A stretch of DNA of 20,000 nt from Chiloscyllium plagiosum (Eukaryota): contig NC_057719.1 in NCBI RefSeq assembly GCF_004010195.1, positions 20,343,693 through 20,363,692 of the forward strand, in the 5' to 3' direction. Below are positions 1 through 10,571 of this stretch, piece after piece. How positions within the stretch are numbered: position 1 is the first letter of the stretch; every line of letters begins with the position of its first letter. The notes below the pieces were generated by a model, which made no database searches, had not been told where the DNA came from, and was given only the letters and a program-made list of their open reading frames with translations. A program made the position numbers and the translations under genes.

Positions 1-452
1 GAGCAACTCTTACAGGGAGAGAGTGCTTAGATTGGTTAAAAAAAAATAACAGCTCCAATAATTTCTTTGTCAACTGAAGGGCAGAAGTTTGAAGATTGAG
101 GCCAGACTTGTGACCATATAAATCTGTCATTCATTTGTGAAACCGTCAAACCACAAGGTTCCAGTGAGAAATGAGCTGTTTTGTGACCAGCAGCCAAGAC
201 AAATCAATTCATTCAAATGTACCCGTCAAATACAAAGATCATCTACTTATCACATATTCAAGGCATCCAAAATGCATTTCAATTAATTAATATCGTTTGT
301 AGCGCCAGGCGTTTTTGATTTGCAGGCAAATGCAAGTGCCAATTAATATTCAGTAACGGGAAATTGTGAGGTAGGTTGGTATGATATAAATAATTTATTT
401 TAAATTCTAAAATAATATTGTTATTAATTTAGAACTTGGATTTGAAAACCAA

Positions 453-566
453 TAGATTAGAATACATTAGAATAGAAAAGTCTTTATTGTCACGATCACT
501 CATTGAGTGAAGAGAAAAGTTTGTAATGTCGCCTCTCGCCATCTTAGGTATAGAGTACCTAGGTAG
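453..566 (-). mobile_element. Probable 3' tail fragment of a retroelement (family uncertain)
   Basis: TAGAA-type short repeats at 453-478, then TTTATT at 483-488 (AATAAA on the minus strand), then 'gccatcttaggta..gtacctaggta', which resembles my recollection of an interspersed shark repeat end. Not database-confirmed. Confidence 0.4.
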
Positions 567-580
567 AGAGACCATAAGGG

Positions 581-785
581 TGCCCAGAAGGCAGATGAGG
601 CCAAGTCTCTGGATACTTTCAAGAAAGAGATGGACAGAGCTCTTAAAGATAGTGGAATCAAGAGTTATGGGGATAAGGCAGGAACAGGATATTGATTGTG
701 GATAATCAGCCACGATCATAATGAATGATGGTGTGGGCCCGAAAGGCTGAATGGCCTACTCCTGCACCTATTGTCTACTATCTAT
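581..785 (+). mobile_element. CR1 LINE 3' end fragment (ORF2 C-terminus plus 3' UTR)
   Basis: From 585 it translates QKADEAKSLDTFKKEMDRALKDSGIKSYGDKAGTGY*, a typical CR1 ORF2 end. It is followed by CR1-type 3' UTR 'atcagccacgatcataatgaatg...ggctgaatggcctactcctgcacctattgtcta' and a short repeat tail. Confidence 0.9.
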
Positions 786-927
786 TAATTGTCAGTTAAT
801 TATGAATCCTTTTCCAATATGATGCCCATGCCCACTGGCTTCAGAACATAAAGCAACGCTGCTTCCTCAGGCTGGTCTCTGTCCAGGACTCCTTCTGCTG
901 CCTCTCCATCTCTGGCTCCGTGCCATA

Positions 928-3900
928 TCTAGGACTCGGCCCTGTGCTCGCTCTGCTTCCCGTTCTGGGACCCTGCCCTGTGATCGCTCTGCTCCTCACT
1001 CTGGGACTCGGTCCTGTGCTCGCTTTACTTCCCACTCCGGGACATGGCTCTGTGCTCGCTCTGCTCCCTGCTCCGGGACTCAGCCCTGAGCTCGCTCTGC
1101 TCCCTGCTCTGGGATTCGGCCCTGTACTCGCTCTGCTCCCTGCTCCAGGACTCGGCCCTGTGCTCGCTCTGCTCCCTACTCCAGGACTCGGTCCTGTACT
1201 CGCTCTGCTCCCCGCTCCGAGACTCGGCCCTGTACTCGCTCTGCTCCCTATTCCGGGATTCGGCCCTGAGATCGCTCTAGCTCCCTACTCCAGGACCCGG
1301 CCCTGTGCTCACTCTGCTCCCTGCTCCAGGACTCGGCCCTCTGCCCGCTCTGCTCCCCGCTCCAGGACCCGGCCCTGTACTCGCTCTGCTCCCTACTCCA
1401 GGATTCGGACCAGTGCTCGCTCTGCTCCCCGCTCCGGGACTCGGACCAGTACTCGCTCTGCTCCCCGCTCCAGGTCCTGGCCCCGTACTTGCTCTGCTCC
1501 CTGCTCCAGGACTCGGCCCTGTGCTCGCTCTGCTCCCTACTCCGGGACCTGGCCCTGTGCTCGCTCTGCTCCCTACTCCAGGACTCGGAACTGTGCTCGC
1601 TCTGCTCCCTGCTCTGGGACTCGGCCCTGTACTCGCTCTGCTCTGTACTCCGGGACTCGGCACTTTACTCGCTCTGCTCCCTGCGCCGGGGCTCGCCCCT
1701 GTGCTCACACTGCTCCCCGCTCCGGGACGCGGCCCTGTGCTTGCTCTGCTCCCCGCTACGGGACTCGGCCCTGAGCTCGCTCTGCTCCCTACTCCGGGAC
1801 TCAGCCCTGTGCTCGCTCTGCTCCCCACTCCGGGACTCGGCCCTGTGCTCGCTCTGCTCCCCGCTCGGGACTCGGCCATTTACTCGCTCTGCTCCTCACT
1901 CCGGGACTCGGCCCCATGCTCGCTCTGCTCCCTACTCCGGGACTCGGCCCTGTGCTCGCTCTGCTCCCTACACCGGGATCGGCCATTTACTCGCTCTGCT
2001 CCTCACTCCGGGACTCGGCCCCATGCTCGCTCTGCTCCCTACTCCGGGACTCGGCCCTGTGCTCGCTCTGCTCCCCGCTCNNTACTCGCTCTGCTCCCCG
2101 CTCCGGGACTTGGCCCTGTACTCGCTCTGCTCCCCACTCCAGGACTCGGCCCTGAGCTCTCTCTGCTCCCCGCTCCGGGACTCGGCCCTGTACTCACTCT
2201 GCTGCCCACTCCAGGACTCGGCCCTGCACTTGCTCTGCTCCCCGCTCCGGGACGCGGCCCTGTTCTCGCTCTGCTCCCCACTCCAGGACTCGGCCCTGAG
2301 CTCACTCTGCTCCCCGCTCCGGGACTCGGCCCTGTACTCGCACTGCTCCCCGCTCCAGGACTTGGCCCTATGCTCGCTTTGCACCCTGCTCTGGGACTCG
2401 GCCCTGAGCTTGCTCTGCTCCCCGCTCCTGGACTCGGCCCTGTACTCGCACTGCTCCCCACATCCAGGACTCGGCCCTGTACTCGCTCTGCTCCGGGCTC
2501 CGAGACTCAGCCCTGTACTCGCTCTGCTCCCCACTCCGGGACTTGGCCCTGTACACGCTCTGCTCCCCGCTCCGGGATGCGGCCCTGTACTTGCTCTGCT
2601 CCCTACTCCAGGACTCGGCCCTGAGCTCACTCTGCTCCCCGCTCCGGGACTCAGCCCTGAGCTCACTCTGCTCCCCGTTCCGGGACTCGGCCCTGTACTC
2701 GCTCTGCTCCCCACTCCAGGACTCGGCCCTGTACTCGCTCTGCTCCTCGCTCCGAGACTTGGCCCTGAGCTCACTCTGCTCCACACTCCAGGACTCGGCC
2801 CTGAGCTCACTCTGCTCCCAGCTCCGGGACTCGACCCTGTACTCGCTCTGCTCCCCACTCCAGGACTTGGCCCTGAGCTCACTCTGCTCCCCGCTCCGGG
2901 ACTCGACCCTGTACTCGCTCTGCTCCCCACTCCAGGACTTGGCCCTGAGCTCACTCTGCTCCCCGCTCCGGGACTCGGCCCTGTACTCGCTCTGCTCCTC
3001 GCTCCGAGACTCGGCCCTGAGCTCGCTCTGCTCCCCACTCCAGGACTCGGCCCTGAGCTCACTCTGCTCCCAGCTCCGGGACTCGACCCTGTACTCGCTC
3101 TGCTCCCTACTCCGGGATTCGGCCCTGAGCTCACTCTGCTCCCCGCTCCAGGACTCGGCCCTGTACACGCTCAGCTCCCCGCTCCGGGACCCGGCCCTGT
3201 GCTCGCTTTGCACCCCACTCCGGGATTCGGCCTTGAGCTCGCTCTGCTCCCAGCTCGGGGACCCGGCCCTGTACTCGAACTGCTCCCCACAACCGGGACT
3301 CGGCCCTGAGCTCGCTTTGCTCCCGGCTCCGAGACTCGGCCCTGTACTCGAACTGCTCCCCACTTCCGGGACTCGGCCCTGTACTCGCTCTGCTCCCGGC
3401 TCCGAGACTCGGCCCTGTACTCGCTCTGCTCCTCGCTCCGGGACCCGGCCCTGTGCTCGCTCTGTTCCCCGCTCCGGGACTCGGCCCTGTACTTGCACTG
3501 CTCCCCGCTCCGGGACTCGGCCCTGTGCTCGCTTTGCTCCCCGCTCCGATACTCAGCCCTGTACTCGCTCTGCTCCTCGCTCCGGGACCCGGCCCTGTGC
3601 TCGCTCTGCTCCCCGCTCCGGGACCCGGACCTGTGTTCGCTCTGCTCCCCGTTCCGGGACTCGGCCCTGTGTTCGCTCTGCTCCCCGCTCCGGGACCCGG
3701 CCCTGTTCTCGCTCTGCTCCCCGCTCCGAGACCCATGCCTGTGCTCGCTCTGCTCCCCGCTCCGGGACTCGGCCCTGTGCTCGCTCTGTTCCCCGCTCCG
3801 GGACTCGGCCGTGTACTTGCACTGCTCCCCACTCCGGGACTCGGCCCTGTGCTCGCTCTGCTCCCCGCTCCGGGATTTGGCCCTGTGCTCGCTCTGCTCC

Positions 3901-6900
3901 CTGTTCCGTGATTTGGCCCTGTTCTCGCTCAGCTCCCCACTCCGGGACTCGGCCCTGAGCTCGCTCTGCTCCCTACTCCGGGACCCAGCCCTGTGCTCGC
4001 TCAACTCTCCCCTCCGGGACCTGGCTCTGTTCTCGCTCTGCTCCCCACTCCGGGACTCGGCCCTGTGCTCGCTCTGCTCCCCGCTCGGGACACGGCCCTG
4101 TGTTCGCTCTGCTCCTCACTCCGGGACTCGGCCCCATGCTCGCTCTGCTCCCTACTCCGGGACTCGGCCCTGTGCTCGCTCTGCTCCCTACACCGGGACT
4201 CGGCCCTTTACTCGCTCTGCTCCTCGCTCCGGGACTCGGCCCTGTACTCGCACTGCTCCCCACTCCAGGACTCGGCTCTGAGCTCACTCTGCTCCCCGCT
4301 CCAGGAATTCGGCCTTGAGCTCACTTTGCTCCCCGCTCCGGGACTTAGCTCTGTACTCGCTCTACTCCCCAATCCAGGACTCGGCCCTCTACTCGCTCTG
4401 CTCCCCGCTCCGGGACTCGGCCCTGTACTCGCTCTGCTCCCCACTCCAGGACTCGGCCCTCTACTCGCTCTGCTCCCCGCTCCGGGACTCGGCCCTGTAC
4501 TCACACTGCTGCCCACTCCAGGACTCGGCCCTGCACTTGCTCTGCTCCCCGCTCCGGGACGCGGCCCTGTTCTCGCTCTGCTCCCCACTCCAGGACTCGG
4601 CCCTGAGCTCACTCTGCTCCCCGCTCCGGGACTCGGCCCTGTACTCGCACTGCTCCCCGCTCCAGGATTTGGCCCTATGCTCGCTTTGCACCCTGCTCTG
4701 GGACTCGGCCCTGTGCTTGCTCTGCTCCCCGCTCCTGGACTCGGCCCTGTACTCGCACTGCTCCCCACATCCGGGACTCGGCCCTGTACTCGCTCTGCTC
4801 CCCGCTCTGGGACGCGGCCCTGTACTCGCTCTGCTCCCTACTCCAGGACTCGGCCCTGAGCTCACTCTGCTCCCCGCTCCGGGACTCAGCCCTGAGCACA
4901 CTCTGCTCCCCGTTCCGGGACTCGGCCCTGTACTCGTTCTGCTCCCCACTCCAGGACTCGGCCCTGTACTCGCTCTGCTCCTCGCTCCGAGACTCGGCCC
5001 TGTGTTCGCTCTGCTCCCCGTTCCGGGACTCGGCCCTGTGTTCGCTCTGCTCCCCGCTCCGGGATCCGGCCCTGTTCTCGCTCTGCTCCCCGCTCCGAGA
5101 CCCATGCCTGTGCTCACTCTGCTCCCCGCTCCGGGACTCGGCCCTGTGCTCGCTCTGTTCCCCGCTCCGGGACTCGGCCGTGTACTTGCACTGCTCCCCA
5201 CTCCGGGACTCGGCCCTGTGCTCGCTCTGCTCCCCGCTCCGGGATTTGGCCCTGTGCTCGCTCTGCTCCCTGTTCCGTAATTTGGCCCTGTTCTCGCTCA
5301 GCTCCCCACTCCGGGACTCGGCCCTGAACTCGCTCTGCTCCCTACTCCGGGATTCGGCCCTGAGCTCACTCTGCTCCCCGCTCTGGGACTCGGCCCTGAG
5401 TTCGCTCTGCTCCCCGCTCGGGACCCGGCCCTGTGCTCGCTCTGTTCCCCGCTCCGGGACACGGCCCTGTGTTCGCTCTGCTCCCCGCTCCAGGACCCGG
5501 CCCTGTTCTCGCTCTGCTCCCCGCTCCGGGACCCAGCCCTGTGCTCGCTCTGCTCTCCACTCTGGGACCCGGCCCTGTGCTCGCTCTGCTCCCCACATCC
5601 GGGACTCGGCCCTGTACTCGCTCTGCTCCGGGCTCCGAGACTCGGCCCTGTACTCGCTCTACTCCCCACTAGAGGACTCGGACTGGTACTCGCTCCGCTC
5701 CCCGCTCCGGGACGCGGCCCTGTTCTCGCTCTGCTCCCCACTCCAGGACTCGGCCCTGAGCTCACTCTGCTCCCCGCTCCGGGACTCGGCCGTGTACTCG
5801 CACTGCTCTCTGCTCCAGGACTTGGCCCTGAGCTCACTCTGCTCCCCGCTCCTGGACTCGGCCCTGAGCTCACTTTTTTCCCCGCTCCGGGACTCGGCCC
5901 TGTACTTGCTCTGCTTCCTGCTCCGAGACTCGGCCCTGGACTCGCTCTGCTCCCCACTCCAGGACTCGGCCCTGAGCTCACTTTTTTCCCCGCTCCGGGA
6001 CTCGGGCCTGTACTCGCTCTGCTCCCCACTCCGGGACTTGGCCCTGTACACGCTCTGCTCCCCGCTCCGGGATGCGGCCCTGTACTTGCTCTGCTCCCTA
6101 CTCCAGGACTCGGCCCTGAGCTCACTCTGCTCCCCGCTCCGGGACTCAGCCCTGAGCTCACTCTGCTCCCCGTTCCGGGACTCGGCCCTGTACTCGCTCT
6201 GCTCCCCACTCCAGGACTCGGCCCTGAGCTCACTCTGCTCCCCGCTCCGGGACTCGGCCCTGTACTCGCTCTGCTCCCTACTCCGGGATTCGGCCCTGAG
6301 CTCACTCTGCTCCCCGCTCCAGGACTCGGCCCTGTACACGCTCAGCTCCCCGCTCCGGGACCCGGCCCTGTGCTCGCTTTGCACCCCGCTCCGGGACTCG
6401 GCCTTGAGCTCGCTCTGCTCCCAGCTCGGGGACCCGGCCCTGTACTCGAACTGCTCCCCACAACCGGGACTCGACCCTGAGCTCGCTTTGCTCCCCACAT
6501 CCGGGACTCGGCCCTGTACTCGCTCTGCTCCCGGCTCCGAGACTCGGCCCTGTGCTCGCTCTGCTCCTCGCTCCGGGACTCGGCCCTGTGCTCGCTCTGC
6601 TCCCCGCTCCGGGACTCGGCCCTGTATTCGCTCTGCTCCTCGCTCTGGGACCCCGCCCTGTGCTCGCTCTGTTCCCCGCTCCGGGACCCGGCCCTGTGTT
6701 CGCTCTGCTCCCCGTTCCGGGACTCGGCCCTGTGTTCGCTCTGCTCCCCGCTCCGGGACCCGGCCCTGTGCTCGCTCTGCTCCCCGCTCCGGGACTCTGC
6801 CCTGTACTCGCTCTGCTCCCCGCTCCGGGACTCTGCCCTGTACTCTCTCTGCTCCCCTTTCCGGGATTTGGCCCTGTGCTCGCTCTGCTCCCTGTTCCGT

Positions 6901-9767
6901 GATTTGGCCCTATTCTCGCTCATCTCCCCACTCCGGGACTCGGCCCTGAACTCGCTCTGCTCCCTACTCCGGGATTCGGCCCTGAGCTCGCTCTGCTCCC
7001 CGCTCTGGGCCTCGGCCCTGAGTTCACTCTGCTCCCCGCTCTGGGACTCGGCCCTGAGTTCGCTCTGCTCCCCGCTCCGGGACCCGGCCCTGTTCTCGCT
7101 CTGCTCCCCGCTCTGGGACTCGGCCCTGAGCTCGCTCTGCTCCCCGCTCCGGGACTCGGCGCTGTGCTCGCTCTGCTCCCCGCTCCGCGACCCGGCCCTG
7201 TTCTCGTCTGCTCCCTGCTCCGGGACCCGGTCCTGTGCTCCCTCTACTCTCCCCTCCGGGACCTGGCTCTGTTCTCGCTCTGCTCCCCGCTCCGGGACCC
7301 GGCCCTGTTCTCGCTCTACTCCCCGCTCCGGGACTCGGCCCTGTACTCGCACTGCTCCCCACATCCGGGACTCGGCCCTGTACTCGATCTGCTCCCAGCT
7401 CCGAGACTCGGCCCTGTACTCACACTGCTCCCCACATCTGGGACTCGGCCCTGTACTCGCTCTGCTCCTCGCTCCGGGACCCGGCCCTGTGCTCGCTCTG
7501 CTCCCCGCTCCGGGACCCGGCCCTGTTCTCGCTCTGCTCCCCGCTCCGGGACCCAGCCCTGTGCTCGCTCTGCTCCCCACTCTGGGACCCGGCCCTGTGC
7601 TCGCTCTGCTCCCTGCTCCGGGAACCGGCCCTGTTCTCTCTCTGCTCCCCAATCTGGGACCCGGCCCTGTACTCGCACTGCTCCCCACATCCGGGACTCG
7701 GCCCTGTACTCGCTCTGCTCCCAGCTCCGAGACTCGGCCCTGTGTTCGCTCTGCTCCCCGCTCCGGGACGCGGCCCTGTTCTCGCTCTGCTCCCCGCTCC
7801 GGGACCTGGCCCTGTTCTCGCTCTACTCCCCCCTTCGGGACTCGGCCCTGTGCTCGTTCTGCTCCCTACTCCGGGGCTCGGCCCTGAGCTTGCTCTGCTC
7901 CCCGCTCTGGGACTCGGAACTGAGCTCGCTCTGCTCCCTACTCTGTGACCCTGCCCTGAGCTCGCTCGGCTCTCCACTCCGGGACTCGGCCCCGTGCTCG
8001 TTCTGCTCTCTGCTTCCGGACTCGGCCCTGTGCTCGCTCTGCTCCCTACTCCAGGACTCGGCCCCATGCTCGCTCTGCTCCCTGCTCTGAGACCCTGCCC
8101 TGTGCTCACTCTGCTCCCTACTCCGGGACGCGGCCCTGAGCTCGCTCTGCTCCCCGCTCAGGGACTCGGGCCTGTACTCGCACTGCTCCCCGCTCCGGGA
8201 CTCGGGCCTGTACTTGCACTGCTCCCTGCTCCGGGACTCGGCCCTGTGCTCGTTCTGCTCCCTGCTCCGGGACTCGGCACTGAGCTCGCTCTGCTCTCCG
8301 CGCCGGGACCTGGCCCTGTGCTTGCTCTGCTCCCCGCTCCGGGACTCGGCCCTGAGCTCGCTCTGCTCTCCGCTCCGGGACTTGGCCCTGTGCTCGCTCT
8401 GCTCCCCGCTCCGGGACTCAGCCCTGTACTCGCTCTGTTCCCCCTTCCGGGACCCGGCCCTGTTCTCACTCTGCTCCCTGTCCGGGACCCGGCCCTGCAT
8501 TCGCTCTGCTCCCTACTCACGGACCCAGCCCTGTGCTCGCTCTGCTCCCTACTCAGGGACCCAGCCCTGTGCTCGCTCTGCTCCCTACTCCGGGATCCGG
8601 CCCAGTGCTCGCTCTGCTCCCTACTCCAGGGCTCAGCCCTGTACTCGCTCTGCTCCCCGCTCCTGGACGCAGCCCTGTATTTGCTCTGCTCCCCACTCCT
8701 GGACTCGGCCCTGAGCTCACTCTGATCCCTACTCCAGGACTCGGCCCTGTGCTCGCTCTGCTCCCCGCTCCGGGACTCGGCCCTGTACTCGCTCTGCTCC
8801 CCACTCCAGGACTCGGCCCTGCGCTCGCTCTGCTCTCCGCTCCGGGACTCGGCCCTGTGCTCGCTCTGCTCCCCGCTCTGGGACTCGGCCCTGTACTCGC
8901 TCTGCTCCCCGCTCCGGGACTCAGCCCTGTACTCGCTCTGTTCCCCGTTCCGGGACCCGGCCCTGTTCTCACTCTGCTCCCTGCTCCGGGACCCGGCCCT
9001 GCATTCGCTCTGCTCCCTACTCAGGGACCCAGCCCTGTGCTCGCTCTGCTCCCCACTCCGGGACTCGGCCCTGAGCTCACTCTGCTCCCTACTCCAGGAC
9101 TCGGCCCTGTGCTCGCTCTGCTCCCTGCTCCGGGACTCGGTCCTGTACTCGCTCTGCTCCCCGCTCCAGGACTCGGCCCTGTATTTGCTCTGCTCCCCAC
9201 TCTGGGACTCGGCCCTGTGCTCGCCCTGCTCCCCGCTCCGGGACTCGGCGTGCTCGCTCTGCTTCCCGCTCCGGGACTCAGCCCTGTAGTTGCTCTGCTC
9301 CCCACTCCGGGACTCTGCTCCCGGCTCCGGGACTCGGCCCGGTATTGCTCTGCTCCCCGCTCCGGGACTCGGCCCGGTATTGCTCTGCTCCCCGCTCTGG
9401 GACCCAGCCCTGTGCTCGCTCTGCTCCCTGTTCCGGGTCCCGGCCCTGTGTTCACTCTGCTCCCTACTCCGGGACCCAGTCCTGTGCTCCCTCTGCTCTC
9501 TACTCCGGGGCCCGGCCCAGTGCTTGCTCTGCTCCCCACTCCAGGACTCGGCCCTGTGCTCGCTCTGCTCCCCGCTCCAGGACCCGGCCCTGTGTTCACT
9601 CTGCTCCCTACTCCAGAACCCAGCCCTGTACTCGCTCTGCTCCCCACTCCTGGACTCAGCCCCATGCTCGTTCTGCTCCCCGCTCCGGCACTCGGCCCTG
9701 TGCTTGCTCTGCTCTGGGACCCAGCCCTGTATTCGCTCTGCTCCCCGCTCCGGGACTCGGCCCTGTG
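928..9767. repeat. 36-bp GC-rich tandem repeat array (mini/midisatellite), about 245 units
   Basis: Head-to-tail copies of CTCCGGGACTCGGCCCTGTGCTCGCTCTGCTCCCCG (17 C, 10 G, 8 T, 1 A; 75% GC; 4 CpG). All ORF translations show a 12-aa periodicity. Copy number is estimated as length/36. Confidence 0.98.
2081..2082. other. Assembly gap (NN) within the array
   Basis: Two N bases; true array length may differ from the assembly. Confidence 0.95.
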
Positions 9768-10571
9768 TTAACTTTGTTTTCCGCTACAGAGTTCAGTAAA
9801 GTGTTCGCTCTGCTTTCATGCTATTTCTTGGCTCTGTTGTTTGCCTTTGCCCAGGCTTCATTCGCGATCCATCTCCCTTGACTCCATTCTCCACGTGGTG
9901 TCATGTAGTTAAGAGTTTGATGGGAAGTAAAAGAAAAGTGTTGCATGAATGAGGAATATTTGATAGAGAGTGGAAAAGGAAACTCATGAACAGAATATCC
10001 CGGAGTGGAACAATTTTTTCTGCTGTCTCCTTTATTAAGAAGCCATTCAAATGTTTGTTTATGTGAAGGCAAGATTTTTAACAAACAGAAAGCCATTTTG
10101 ATCATTGAACCATATGCAGCTTTTCCAAGTTAGCATGTGACTAAAGTTCAATAATTTGATCGGGGACATGGGAAGTTAATCTTTACAGAGTTGGGTTCTA
10201 CGATATGGAAACAAATGGTCATGAGCCATCAATAGGATGCATACACAAGAAAAGCAATAATTTTACTAGTAGGGATATTTTATTTTAGTTTGCAGGTATC
10301 TCTAGACTGTGAGAATTGAAAAGAAATCCCTAGGCCATTAATGCTAGAAAGATGACTTCAGACCACTAGTGCTGAAAATAAACCTTAAATCTCCACACCA
10401 ACCACAAACCATTGGAAATCGTCTGTCAGAAGGCATTCAGCCAAAGCACTTCCATGACTATTTGTAAAGATGCAGTGGAAATACAATGCAAGACCAGTAT
10501 ACAGGTGAATATTTCCAACGCAAAATTACAAATCCTGGTAAGGACATAGATATTTCTTTTGACCTGATAAG

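Noticed and set aside
250..345. Faint Deu-SINE-like or CR1 3' UTR-like scraps here and near 12780-12820 and 19210-19250
   Set aside because: Too short and diverged to support without a profile search.
429..719. Short ORFs such as 429-719, 12985-13221, 14457-14723, 16343-16878, 18601-18891 and 19675-19866
   Set aside because: They are antisense or off-frame readings of LINE and SINE fragments.
928..9767. CRISPR array (36-bp repeat length)
   Set aside because: Units are directly adjacent with no unique spacers, there are no cas genes, and the context is vertebrate LINEs and SINEs.
920..9881. The many 70-600 aa ORFs as genes (mucin, collagen-like, Cys-rich or Leu-rich protein)
   Set aside because: They overlap in all six frames, mostly begin at non-ATG codons, switch repeat frame at 1-bp indels and lack a unique N- or C-terminal domain. 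A stop-free 36-bp GC-rich unit explains them.
841..9900. Array as the interior of an LTR element, DNA transposon or endogenous virus
   Set aside because: No direct or inverted terminal repeats, primer-binding site, or gag/pol/transposase/viral ORF is recognisable in either flank.
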